DNA from: Eledone cirrhosa
Lineage: Eukaryota
NCBI GenBank assembly: GCA_964016885.1
Contig: OZ024743.1
Location: 13,578,001 to 13,642,000, forward strand
DNA: 64,000 nt
Reading direction: 5' to 3'
Position 1 is the stretch's first letter; every line of letters starts with the position of its first letter. Both the position numbers and the translations under genes were made by a program. This document shows positions 41,120 through 54,095 of the stretch, in pieces. The notes below the pieces were generated by a model. The model did no database searches. It saw nothing but the letters and a program-made list of their open reading frames with translations, and was not told where the DNA came from.

Positions 41120-41122
41120 CAG

Positions 41123-41167
41123 GGCTTCCCGATGATTTCTCCCGAATGAAACAGTCCTGTAGAAGCC
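41123..41167 (+). ncRNA. Hammerhead ribozyme-like fold (core U4 changed to C)
   Basis: ggcttc CCGATGA tttctcccgaat GAAAC agtcct GTA gaagcc; stem I ggcttc/gaagcc, stem III acag/ctgt. Confidence 0.6.
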
Positions 41168-41497
41168 ATTTCTATGTTAAATTTGTATACTCTGCTATGT
41201 ATTGAGTACCTTACTTATTGCGGTTACCCACGATTGAACCCGGGATAAACTTATATATATATAATTGATGAACACACAAGCCGGGACTTTATACATCTCT
41301 ATTTCTTCGTTGCATTTGCCCCTGTATGGAGTTCTTACATGATTAGTTGTTTCCTCGCTCCCAGCACCACATACTCTATCGATATATACATATATATATA
41401 TATATATGTATGTAAAAGGTAAACATAAATAACAACACAATCGGTACAGTATATGGAAGGGATATATTAGGTTAACGGTTGATATAGCAGGAAGAGG

Positions 41498-41535
41498 TTC
41501 TTAACGTTTCAGATGCCAGCCCTCCATCAGAAGAA
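41498..41535 (-). ncRNA. Degenerate minimal hammerhead-like motif (Penelope pLTR remnant)
   Basis: Reverse complement: ttctt CTGATGG agggctggcatct GAAAC GTT aagaa; stem I ttctt/aagaa; core A9 changed to G. Confidence 0.45.
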
Positions 41536-42425
41536 AGATTGAGAAATAAGATAGATTGAGGAGACGGGCGGGTTGAAATTGGAAAAGATGTCAGGGAGGT
41601 GTGGATGCATATATGGGGGGGGGGGGGAGGAAGCGCCGGCCCAACGTGTCCTTACTTGGTGTGATGTTTAATTTAATCTGAAGGTCATTTCACAGCTACA
41701 TATAATATGTTGACTTATGAATGTTTATTTAAGGTATAATGTATTTGGCGAGAATATGATATGTTGTGAGAGACAGGCGAGAATATGATATGTCGTGATA
41801 TTTCGGATGATTGTATTAAAATTCATTAGTTTTCACTTACTCAGTCATACTATTGTGAATAGGATAGTATATGGGATGGAACTATTAGCCCCCACACAAG
41901 CCCAGGCTAGTTCCTGCACTTCATCTCTCGCTTCAATCATGAAACTGTAAGAAACCGTAGGGCTTGCTGGGTATATGATCCACGCAGGTATATGTCAGAG
42001 CTAGAGAATCACAATGGTCGTCTTACTTTTGATAGGCATTAACACAAATGAAAGTACTCAGGAAAGGAAACCATGACTGCATTATGACTGAATTATGTCA
42101 CATGAAACAATATACATATCATTTATATTAAAACGATTAGTTGAGGTAATGAAAGCAATATTTCCTTAAACATATCGTCGATGTATGGGAAATCATTCCC
42201 CTTTATTGGTACCACAACTATTATATTATTCCTTGATAGTACTATTGACAATGTTGCATGAAAGGTTTTATCGATAGATACTCACTAACCTTTCCGGTGG
42301 GCCAATCTCAAGATATATTATTGTACCATTCACATGTAATTGCTTTCTACAAAACTGAAAGAAAATGTCTAATCCTTGATGGATATGAGATATACTCATA
42401 ATAAAAATATTGTAATTTTCATAAC

Positions 42426-42470
42426 ACCTCAAGGTTATTTGACCTCAAGGTTATTTGACCTCAAGGTTAT
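42426..42470. repeat. 16 bp tandem repeat x2.8
   Basis: Unit acctcaaggttatttg. Confidence 0.9.
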
Positions 42471-42833
42471 AATCCATTATATAGATCATTAGATATTATT
42501 TCCCAGTTAAGCACCAGGATCTTCAATCTAGATGGTTTGAAGAAATTGCTGAACATTTTCGCTTAGTGTCACCAACTCTATTTACATAAATCTTATGACA
42601 ATGTGTCAACAAATACAACAAAATAATAGTATTTCTAGATGGCTCTAAACTTCAGCAGAATCTCGTCAAAAATCTGTGGTTCAATTGTGGAATGAAGAAT
42701 AGAATGATAAGCAAGAAAAGAAATCAGCAAATATAATAGAATATCCATATTCTCTTTCGTCAGGAGAATAGGCATCTAATAATGTCAAAGCCATAAGTGT
42801 CACTCCCGATAGATACTCAAATTCCTGAATTAA

Positions 42834-42929
42834 TCACAAAAAAGATATAGCTCGTATATTAGATCATTACAACATAACAGTCACAAAAAAGATATAGCTC
42901 GTATATTAGATCATTACAACATACCAGTC
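42834..42929. repeat. 47 bp tandem duplication
   Basis: tcacaaaaaagatatagctcgtatattagatcattacaacata(a/c)cag x2. Confidence 0.95.
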
Positions 42930-43564
42930 TTTCGCCTAGATTTGCGTGGATTATCATGAATATTATTTCTCATTGCAGTCTTTCCCTATGAAACAAAGTT
43001 TTGTAGAATTCTAAGCACCACAGATACAAAAAGGAGACAATCATAAATCGTATCACCGTATCACCGACTTTGGTAGTTGGGATTGGCAAGAAAAATATAA
43101 TCTCTATTCGAATGCCAACGTGAATAATGCATCGTCTACACGTTATAGAATTTACTACATCAAAATAACATAAATGATGCTGATATCAAGTTACGTACCT
43201 ATGCCTTCTATTCAAACAAATGTATCTTCAACTAATTACATTGTGACACAGATAATTTACCTCAACTGGCGCAACTCTATTCAACAATATACAGAAATAC
43301 GTCAAGGAGGGAAATACTCCAAATTTTCAAATGGTACAAGGCACTATCAATGAACTAAAGGCACGTGGTTATGTTTCGTTTAACAGTAATTTCATACGCG
43401 TGAGCGTCATGGCGTACAAAAAGTAGGACTAATTATCTCCATCAGATTCTGATATTAATTAAAACAACCTTCGGGCAATTTTTGTGAACATTTTCTAAGG
43501 TCATGTATAGGCATATAAATTCACACACTCATGCACAAACACATACGCACATAGACACCAACCC

Positions 43565-43640
<76 letters not shown>

Positions 43641-45634
43641 TATATATATATGTGTGTGTGTGTTTATGTGTGTGTGTAAATTTGAGAATTTATTTGATAA
43701 TGATTTATTTATTCATTTCACAGTAAAGACTAAGTAAACTTCAGTGTTATGTGAACGAAAAACAAATTATGTAATAATACCATGACCTCCCAATTCCGGC
43801 AAGTCATCTCACACAATCGATAAAATCAAAATATATTAAAAAAACTTCATTTCCAATATAGCATTCGAAAATAGTTTGTTGTCAATCTCTAAGTAAAAAA
43901 AAATACCTCTGCTATTTAGTAACAATCTAATTTAAAATGAACGATTAGAGGTCGTCTTCAATTATTCGAGAAAGTTAGTTTGTTGTTTTGGTATAAATTA
44001 GATTTCAAGAATTGGTGCAACATTGGTCTCATTAAGCGAATGCACTCATTAAATTGTGGGAATTAATTCTAGCGTTTCCTATGGCTCTACTATCAGATCT
44101 ATGCAGAAATGTATTTCAAATGACTGAAATTCGCTTTGTGTTACTTATAACCATATAACAGTATTATGTAATCAGTAATTAAAGCATTGTTTCCCCAAAA
44201 TAGCATGAATTTTCAACAAATACTGGAATTTAGTTATGGGGTTTGGGGAAAGTGTGTTGGGAAAGTATGTTGATGATGTACGTAACTGTATCTAGACGAA
44301 TCGTGACGTGCAAAGAATACATTACACATACTGTGTCAATTTAAAGTAGATGTTAACCATTCTTTTGATAATTGCATGGTATATTTCGATTTTGTTTTAC
44401 AAGACAACAAAACACTCATTCATTTTACACCGATTGCTTCAAGAAGATCGAAACGTACAGACAGAAGTAAGAAATGTTCATCTATGTTAATGCTCTTTTG
44501 ATGAAAGTGTTTACAGGACATCCTAATTTCTTATGAACTGCCTATTCGTCCTGTGGCAATTGACCCAGATCAAATATAAGCTTCCATGGAGCCAGGCTCA
44601 CAATGCACTATCGATTTCCAATTAATGGCAATTTATATGTACGTATATAGTTTTGAAGAAATGAATAACTTGCTAATCGGTTAAATAGACTGTTGCTAGG
44701 TTAGTAGCTACTCAATATTAAACTGAATTGTTAATGCTGGCCAAGAACTCTCGTCGATCTTTTGAAACGATGGTACTTTGCCAACTCAGCTGTTATGTAC
44801 TGTCTGATACAACATTGTGTTTCATCTTAGCACACTCTATATACAGCACATATTTTATGTTTGTATGAAATCGAATTCTTTCTGGGTCAATAATCATCAA
44901 ACTTAACTTACCAAATCTAGTGATTATCTTTAATGTGTTGTGTGTCCCATTCATCTTTAATATATCAACATACATTTCTTAATGATGAGATGGTCAGTTC
45001 ACAGTACATGTACACATATGTCAAGCAAAATGGCTGTATTAATAGCTATTAACTTGTGAACAAACCTATAATACAATATGATGGAATTGTGTTATATAGC
45101 CACGATATAAACAAATTGAAAGAAAAAAGTTATATTTCAATCGTCAAGAGACATATTTTCATTTCTCAGGATAATGAAATTTCTATTACTTTAGCAATGA
45201 CAAGGGTATTTTCAGAATCTTATATGCGAGTCCGGTATTGAAATAATTAAATATGAATAATGTACAGCAGACTGTTTATCTCGACGGTATCTGCTCAATA
45301 CAGCACGAATCATAAAATGCAGAGGGAATGCCGACCTTTAATAGCCCCACTGAGAGTTCAAGATCTGAGAACATTTTCAACAGAAATATGACACTTAGAT
45401 TGTCTGTGTCGACTCAATAAAGCATCACATGATATATCATTGTATATTTCGATATTTCTTTATGTACAAATACACACACACACACTGATATATATATATA
45501 TATATATATATATACTTACATATATATGTGCGGGTGTATGTGCATATACACAACACACACACACACAAACTTACACAACACACGCACACAGACATATAAC
45601 ACACGTATGTATATATGCAAGTATGTATGTATGT

Positions 45635-48600
45635 TCTTCTGGTTTTATAATTTAACAAAGTTTTAACAATAGAGAGAGGGTCGGTTTCTAACATAGACAC
45701 AAGATTCTCTCATTAGAATTTACACAACATCAACTAGGTAGATATGTATGTATGCATGCATGTGTAGATATGGATGTTATTGTATGTGTCGATGTGTATG
45801 TTTTGAGTTGTATGTGTGCATGTGTATATGCTTTGTATCTGTACATGTGTGTATGCAGTTATTAGATGCAACATTTTTGGAATGTTTTACATATTTTTAC
45901 TGTTCCATCAATGGATTGAACTTGTAATTTCCTAACTAGTTGTGTTCTTTCTGTTCCTGTGAAGCCTAGTTTCTCAAGATTTGTATTGAGGCAGTTACTA
46001 ACATATCCCAGTGCCCCAATAATCACAGGCATAAATCTGAAGGTGTAATCAGGGTTGAGTATCTGCAGATTTCTCATCAGTTCTGCATAAATATTCTCCT
46101 TTTCACTAATTTTTGATATTATATTGGCATCTGCTGGGCAGCTAATTTCCACTACTGTGCATGTTTTCTTCTCCCTGTCCCATATCATAATATCTGGTCT
46201 GTTATGCCTGCATTTTTTGGGCGTTTTTACTGGAACATTCCACCAGTACTATTTCATATTATGTACATGGATGTCTTACACATTGTTGTAGCTTTTAATA
46301 TGTTTATTATCGGGGCTATCTTTTTTACGAACTGCATTGTACAGTGTTTTGGCCACTACATCATGCCTCATAGGTAGATAGTACCGCGATGAAATCTATG
46401 GACAGCTGCTGATGACATGGGTGATATCCTCGATGTTAGTTCTGCAGAGTCTGCACTTGTTATCACATCTAGGTGTTTTGCCTGCATCCCTATCTCTTTT
46501 GTGAATCAGGTATTTCGGGCTAATCTCCTGTTCCTGGATTGCAAAAGCGTATCCTTCAAAGTGGGAGCCAATATAGCGGTTGTTGGTCCAAGATGGACTA
46601 CTTTCCTTATCTATATTACTCTCACTCTGGAGCTTCCTGGCAACATATCCATGCATGATTCTTTGCTGATAGGCGTGCAGTTTTTCATCTATGGATTTAC
46701 TGCGATACTGCTGAGCGACATCCCTGGGTGTGAGTTTTTGATTATCACAGAGGGAATATCTCTCAAGGAGTTCCTTCCCAACTCTCATGATCTTATCTGT
46801 TTCATGCAGATAGACTTGCTCGAGAAACGGGCTCCTACGCTTCGAGGTTCGTAGATGTTGTCGGAGAGATATGATGCGACACTCAAATATTGTCTGGACT
46901 GATGTTTGGCCTCTGCCTCCCTGCTTACGTTTCAAGTAAAGGCGGTCTATGTCACTGTTGATGTGGAAGTTTCCGGTGTTGTTCAATATTTTTCGAGTTC
47001 CAACATCAACTGCTCGGATTGCGTCTATCGTCCAACTGAGTATTCCAAACGTTGGTGTTAGGATAGACACAGCAAACACATTGTGAGCCACTGTTTTGTT
47101 TTGCGCAGAGAGTTCCGATGACAAGATCTTTCTTAATCGGGTGTAGTATTCCCTGGTTACGCGTTCTTTATTACATATACCATTATAGGATATGTCTCAT
47201 CTATCCCCAGGTATCTGTAGCAGTCCTCATCAGATATCGGTGAAACAGTTAGGCCATTGATGACAATGTTGCTAGATTGGGTTGTTGTTTTTCTCCGCTT
47301 TACAATCATGTATGAGCATTTATCTTGGCCAAACTCCATTCCTATATACTTTGAGAACGTTGTAACCAGGTCCAGATTTTTCTTCATCCCATCTATGTTC
47401 TTGGCATAGAGTTTCAGATCGTCCACAAAGAAATTATGGGTTAGGTTCGTATTTCTGTCCCCATATGAGCCAATGATGTATCCCTCACATTTCTTGAGCA
47501 GAAAGGACAAGGGGTTTAATGAAAAGATGAATAATATCACAGAGAGACTGTCCCCCTGAAATATACCCCTGCAATATTTTATTTTATCATTGAAAATAGA
47601 GTCCTCCCTCTCTGTCTTTAACCTTAGGATAGTAGCCCAAGAAGAAGACAGCCTATCTATGTCTCTGACAATAATGTCTGGGACATTAGCAAGTTGGAGG
47701 GCATCTATCATCCAAGAGTGGGGAACAGAATCGAAAGCTTTTCTGTAGTCCAGCCAGACTGTAGTCATATTCCTCCTAAGTTATCGCACCTCCGACATCG
47801 CAGTTTGTTGATTAGGAGTTGTTCAGCACACCCGCAAACTCCTTTCTTTCCAGCTGCTTGTTCATCTGTGATGATGTTATTATTTTCACAGTGATCTTGG
47901 AGGAACAGGTTCAGGCAGGCTGTATACATCTTATACATCAGGTTATGGCATGCAATTGATCGGTAGTTTTTTTGCCAAGTGGGTGTCTTTGTTCTTGGAG
48001 ACCAGTAACGTTTGTGCTAATGTCAACCATTCTGGTATAAGTGTGTCTCCCTTAAGAACTTGTTGGTAGAGGTCAGTAAGATACCTCCGATAGAATATTA
48101 GTTATTTGTACCAGTAGCCGGGAATCATGTCTCTTCCTGGTGTTTTCTTATCTTGGGGTTTTCCTATCACAGTCTCAAGTGTACCCTCACTTATTTCGTA
48201 TGTTTTTGTTGTAGTGTAGGAGCAATAGTTCTTTCGGATTTCTCTTAGCCACACTGCATCTTGGTTGAAATTCTTCTTTTCACCCCATATTTTTCTCCAA
48301 AAAAAATCTATGTCTTTCTGGGATGGGGCCTCAGTGACACTTATTATTTTGCTCTTCATATCTCTATAGACTGATGTTTGGTTTCGTCTGTATCTTTTAT
48401 TAAGCACTTTTCTCTCATCTACCTTCTTCAGGTATCGGCATTTTTCGCTAACAGCTCTCAATTCTCTTTACTGTTACCAAACATCGTCTCTATTTTATTT
48501 TTCACTCTTTGTTGGTAAGGAGTGAGGTTTTTCTGTGTTTGTTTGCATGTAAGGAGCATTGTCACATATCCTATGTTTTTTCGTAGGTCAGCACTCTTTT

Positions 48601-49702
48601 TTTCTATTTTAGTTATATATGATGGTATTTTTGGTAGTGTTTTGTTCTTGTTAATATCTCTGCTATCACCAAGATAATGCTTCTCTGTCGTTGCTAGGGC
48701 ATATAAACAGGCGTTGATTTTCCAAAATGTTGGGGTTTTTATCCGTCGTAAATATTCATCCCCTATTTCGTCAATAACACGTAGTATTTATTATTTGTTT
48801 TTTTATTCACCATTGTCATTTTAACACGTTCAGCAAGAGAAATATTTATACATGAGTTAATTTCTCTCTGGAAGATTTCGTTGAGGGAAATTATCAATTG
48901 TTTATACTTTTGATTATCATTATCGATAGTATTTTCCACCACAGTCGAGGTAGACTCGGATGGTACACGTGGTGTCACATTTATTCGATTATTATTATTA
49001 TCGATAGTGTTTTCCCCAGCATTCGAGGTAGACTTAGATGGTAGAGGTGGTGTCAAGTTTCTTACAGGCATAGTTGTTTCAAGGCGCTGTTCGACTTGGC
49101 TGCTAGAAAGTCTACTAGCATGGCGACCTGTAGCACGTGTTGATAACATGTTTGTTGTTGGGGACTTACAATTAATAATATTTATCTTATTTCTATGTTC
49201 AACAAACGTCGCTTGTTGGCGTAATTGTTTCGCTGTAAAATAATTTAGCTCTGGGTGCATTTCGTCCCAGTGTAGCTTCATTCTATTCATATACCCAATG
49301 GAGGGATTGTTTTTTGCCATTTTATAACAATTAAATAAATCATTATTAAGTTCGCAACTCCAAGAGAAATGCGATTTATAATTTCGGTTTCTTCTGTAGA
49401 TACAACTGAATAAAGTTTGATTACCTTCCTTGTTATTTGTCTTCGATACTTCCTTAATTTTGTTGTTGTTGTTGTGTTCAGCCATGCTGTTTGTAGCAAA
49501 TCCTTGTAAAATGAATTATGTATTTAGTCGGATATCTCTACGAATTCGAATAAAAGGTGTCTTCAGAAAGGGATATTTAGAAGAATAACCAGTAATTCAA
49601 CCTGACTGTAGTTGTGGCATTACTATCGGGGATAGTATTCATCTTAAATTTAATAAATAGTCTCCCACGCCAAAATATGCGACTGATCGCGTAGACTGTC
49701 TT
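45635..49702 (-). mobile_element. Near full-length R4/Dong-like RLE non-LTR retrotransposon inserted in (TACA)n
   Basis: N-terminal Myb-like W..ELN..L..CY…GYMNRM..HW..HP; RT WLDYRKAFDSVPH, RGIFQGDSLS, FFVDDLKLY, YRYLG; CRLC..H..C knuckle, RHD, RPD…VEISCP endonuclease; TATG arrays at both ends. Confidence 0.93.
45862..49485 (-). pseudogene. Frameshifted single ORF (Myb-like - RT - CCHC - RLE) of the R4/Dong-like element
   Basis: Collinear ORF pieces 48763-49485, 48102-48461, 47157-47768, 46396-47124 and 45862-46188. Confidence 0.9.
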
Positions 49703-49792
49703 TGTATGTATGTATGTATGTATGTATGTATGTATGTATGTATGTATGTATGTATGTATGTATGTATGTATGTATGTATGTATGTATGTATG
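49703..49792. repeat. (TATG)n microsatellite
   Basis: About 22 perfect units abutting the 5' end of the retrotransposon. Confidence 0.95.
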
Positions 49793-50096
49793 TGTGTATG
49801 TATCTGTCTGTGTGTATGCAGGCTTGCCTGTATGTATATATATATATGTGTAGGTATTACGTGTGTATGTATGTATATACACGGAAGGATAGGAAAAAGG
49901 AAACGAAAACTATATAATGCGAAATACCGTCGTGAGATATAATCAGCCTAATGACCTCCGAGGGCTGCCTACGGCCCAAGTGGAACTTAAGTTCATCATT
50001 TAAATGACACAGCACTGACATCCAGTTTTCACAAACAGAAATGCTTCATGCACATTCGTTGTCCATAGTTACACTCTTCAATGCATGCCATCGTTC

Positions 50097-50260
50097 AGGT
50101 GAATTGGCAGACATGCTTTCCACCATAGTTACGCCCCTTTACGATCTGAGTTCAATCCGGCCTAGGTTAACTTTGCCTTTCATCCTTACGGGGTCGATAA
50201 AATAAAGTACCAGTAATGTACTGCGTAATTGCTGGCTTTGTGCCTAAAATAGAAACAATT
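50097..50260 (+). mobile_element. SINE with internal deletion in the head
   Basis: Family core and tail; lacks the cggtagagggtcggacgc segment. Confidence 0.9.
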
Positions 50261-50645
50261 ATTTTTTCTTCCTCACTTTACACGACACTAAAATTTGACC
50301 TGATTCACAATTAATCGAATACATATAAAGACTCACACATATGCCATATCATATTGTATTGCATTAACATTTTCCACATGGTAAACCATTGCCTCTAACC
50401 TACACAGGACTTAACCTGCCCACGTATTAAGATTTCTGTTCAAGTCCCCTTTTCATATGCTATCTCATCCCGAAATCTCTTTCAAACATCTCATCTCTGC
50501 ACATCATGAAAATACAGGTTTCGTCTGTCTGGGCCGAAGTTTACAGTCTTCGGGGGATTTCTGCCTTTAAATGTAAGGCATCCTAATAACTCTTACTTGT
50601 GTGAATCATATATATATATATGATTCATACAAGTATATATATATG

Positions 50646-51355
50646 TTGTTGCTCTAGTTCACTGGCTTCTATGGAGCGCTTGCCACACATTTCGGAAGTT
50701 GTTTTTCGCTAATTTCCAATAGCCGAAATACGATTCTCGCTAATTTATATGTGTACTAATCTGCAGAGTCTAGCTATTGACCAGTTAATTTTCTTGATTT
50801 TTTTTAGTTAATCCTATTGACTGATTAATAGCTCTTGTAATTTTAAAATCATTCTCTTGAGAGCTTAATTCGTTTTGTGATATTTTGCAATTTTGCAATA
50901 ACACAGATACTGAATTCATCCGCCAAAAATAAGGGTTGCCTCTCTTGTCAAGCCCCACGTGGGTTTTGATAACGGTCAGTCCTTGGCTTGGCACTGAACT
51001 AAAAGCCTGTTGATAAGGTGACTTCCTTGTTCGATCATCTTAGCAAAAGCTTAACATTATTTGTCTAAACAGACAGTACTTGATTTAGGAGTTGCAGAAA
51101 CCCAATGCTGATTATTACCAACCTTCCAGGGGTCCGGGTGTAATTTTCAATCATATTTTATTTCCTTGACCCGAATTACTTGGTCGTTTCTATGGCTGTG
51201 CGGATAATGGTTTAACCATCGTCTCAGTGTGTTTGGCCTTTTAACTTATCTTGTTGCTCTAGTTCACTGGCTTCTATGGAGCGCTTGCCACACATCTCGG
51301 AATTTGTTTTTCGCTAATTTCCAATAGCCGAAATACGATTCTCGCTAATTTATAT
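50646..51355 (-). mobile_element. ~710 bp element with ~104 bp terminal direct repeats (pseudo-LTR-like) in (TA)n
   Basis: ~50646-50750 is repeated at ~51252-51355 with two mismatches seen; interior THVGLDKRGNPYFWRMNSV weakly resembles GIY-YIG YVG..RMN. Confidence 0.6.
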
Positions 51356-51384
51356 TTATATATATCACATAATATTGAAACTAT

Positions 51385-52235
51385 GAGATTTGATGGGCCT
51401 TGCGCTGGAGAAACACCAGAACTCTGGCTTTACTGTAGCACTGGCTCAGAGCAGGAGAGTTAAGGCGAAAAAGATATCAGATGCTGAATATACTGACGAC
51501 ATAGTTCTGGTGACAAACACAGTGAAGGAGAAAGAGTTGATGCAGGATGGTGGAGACTGTGTCGATGAGTGTGGGGCTGAGAAAGAATGAGATCAAGACG
51601 AAGTATCTGGTAGAGAATATTAAGAAGCCTAAGAAGATTATGAATGTAAACGGGAAGCCGCTAGAATTGGTCGAGAAATTCCTATATCTGGGAGCAAAGA
51701 TTGGGAATACAGAAGATGATGTGGTTGAGAGTAAGAACAAAGCTTGGACGGCGTGCCACAGTTTGAGTTCCGTGTGGAAGTCGGACCTCCGTAGAGACCT
51801 GAAGATCCGCCTCTTCGTTGCTGCAGTGGAGTCTGTGCTACTGTACGGGTGAAAGACTTGGACACTGACCAAGAAACTCACTGAGATGGTGGATGGGTGC
51901 TACAGGAGAAGGCTGGAGATGGCTCTGAATATTAATCAGTATACACTGAAGAGAAGAACTCAGAGCTGTACAGGAGCCTCCTAAAAGTCAGCTCGAAAGG
52001 AACTGAGGTTAGCTGGACATACTCACCGATATTCAGAGTTGACACTGCACTCAGTGCTCCTGTGGGAGCCCCTGCACAGACACACTAGAAGAGGGAGACA
52101 GAGGTTGGCATATATTGATGCCCTAAGGAGAGACACATGTCCCTTGGAGACGCAGGACATGGCAGAGATGATGTGGGATAGAGATCGCTGGAGAGAACTC
52201 ATCCATGGATCTCAGGAATTATACCCGCCCTATAT
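51385..52235 (+). mobile_element. 5'-truncated RTE-clade LINE
   Basis: AEYTDDIVL, VGLRKN..KTKY, VEKFLYLG, KAWTAC..L..VW..KIRLF.A.VESVLLYG*KTWTL, RRGRQRLAYID. Confidence 0.9.
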
Positions 52236-52413
52236 ATAACTAACAACTAGTTATCGCTCTACATGACTGAATACAATAAATGTAATCTGAGGTTTTTGAA
52301 TATTAATAATAATAATATTCGATTCGTTTGAAATTATACAAGCAGCCTCTATACATGGCTTATAAAAGAGGCCGTATGTAACAAACGAAACAAATATTAT
52401 TATTAATATTCGA

Positions 52414-52604
52414 AGGGCGGTGGATTGGCAGTATTGGTAGAGGGTCGGACGCCTTGCTTTGACGCATAGAGTTACGGCCCTTGCCATTCTGAGTTCAAAT
52501 CCCGCCGAGGTTAACTTTGCCTTTCATCCTTACGGGGTCGATAAAATAAAGTACCAGTAATACACTGAGTAATTGCTGGCCTTGTGCCTAACGTAGTAAC
52601 AATT
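52414..52604 (+). mobile_element. tRNA-derived SINE
   Basis: Full length; TSD attattaatattcgaa. Confidence 0.95.
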
Positions 52605-52809
52605 ATTAATATTCGAAAAACTAAGATTGCATAATATATATGTCTGATGATAGCTAAGATGCTTCCATAGGCGGTATGCCGTTTGAGCACACTAAGCTCT
52701 TACAGAGCAGAGTTTGATAGAGTAGAAAACGAAATATCAGTGATTTCGGAGTATATTCTCTCAGAGGGAATATGCTCCGAAATCATTAGATGTGTCTGTC
52801 GAACCTTCG

Positions 52810-52950
52810 GGTCCAGATTGAATCGACTCCAGTGCGTTACTGGTACTTTAATTCATCCACCCCATCAGGTAACCTCGCCAGGATTTGAACTTAAAAAGGA
52901 TCTCACCAAGCATGTTGTCCGACGCTCTACTGATACTGTCAATCCACCGT
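52810..52950 (-). mobile_element. Degenerate SINE
   Basis: ccagtgcgttactggtacttta..aacctcgccaggatttgaact..gatactgtcaatccaccg. Confidence 0.75.
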
Positions 52951-53904
52951 CGTCATAACTTGTAATCTATTACGTCTTTATACATCATTAACATCGTCAA
53001 TACATTATCAATATACGTCAGCATGACTTCAAATATATGCACATACGCTCGTATTGTGAGGTATTTATCTGTGTAAAACACATCTGCGTAATTAATTCAA
53101 GGTTTATATGTTTACTTCATATAAGAATGTCAGCATATTGCCATATTGAATAGACGGTTAGTTAATCGTTAATTTGAGGGGAAAGAAAAGTTAAACACGA
53201 AATAATAAGACGGACAGACTAACATGAGAATATTATGTTATGTTCGTGACCAGATTGATAAGGTTAACGAATGCTAAAATCGTCGTGGGTAGAGCATCGT
53301 GCATGTAAAACGGTTTAATCAGCTATAGGCATCTTGGAGAAGAAATATAAATGTATTTTGATGTATAACATATCACTGAAAAGTTTCTCACACATCTTCA
53401 TTATATTAAAGACCATCTTTCTCACTGGTACAAAGCCAACATTGATAGATAATGTATTGTTTTCATAAAGGTCGCTCTAAGAAAGGAGATGTCTTGTGTT
53501 ACACTATGGGCAGAACCTGTCAAATACTAACGCAATGAACAATCTATCATTGTGACCAGAGTAACTCATTGAAAAACCGATACTTTGGAGATCGTGTTGC
53601 TCCATCCCTCTCCCCATCTCTCTCTCTCACTATTTCTCTCTCTCTATTTCTCTCTTTGTATATGAATATATACATGAATATGTATATGTATATACATATT
53701 CATAAATAGAGAGAGAAATATATATATACACACAGGCACACACACATACACTCGCGCGCGCACACACACACACGCACACACCCACACACACACATATGAA
53801 GATACACCCACACCTATCTATCTATCTATATCTATCTATCTATATATATATATAGAGAGAGAAAGTACTCTCCATATTATTACATCAAGATTAACCATAC
53901 GGAG

Positions 53905-54052
53905 TTGATCAGCTCTATCCAGTGGTGGGGTTTAACCCTGCGATGGACGAGCATCATGTCCAGGGGGTAGTCATGTACTCTAAATCGCTTCACGCCATTA
54001 AAGTGGGATAGGGACAGGTTAAATGAGCCCTTTGGTTTAAGACAGACTGAAA

Positions 54053-54057
<5 letters not shown>
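53905..54057 (+). mobile_element. Fragment of a second SINE/LINE-tail family
   Basis: aaccctgcgatggacgagcatcatgtccagggggtag..tcgcttcacgcc resembles the 3' part of Deu/Nin-type SINEs (from memory, unverified). Confidence 0.5.

Positions 54058-54095
<38 letters not shown>

Noticed and set aside
42426-42929. Short direct repeats as a CRISPR-like array
   Set aside because: Head-to-tail tandem duplications without unique spacers; eukaryotic context; no cas genes.
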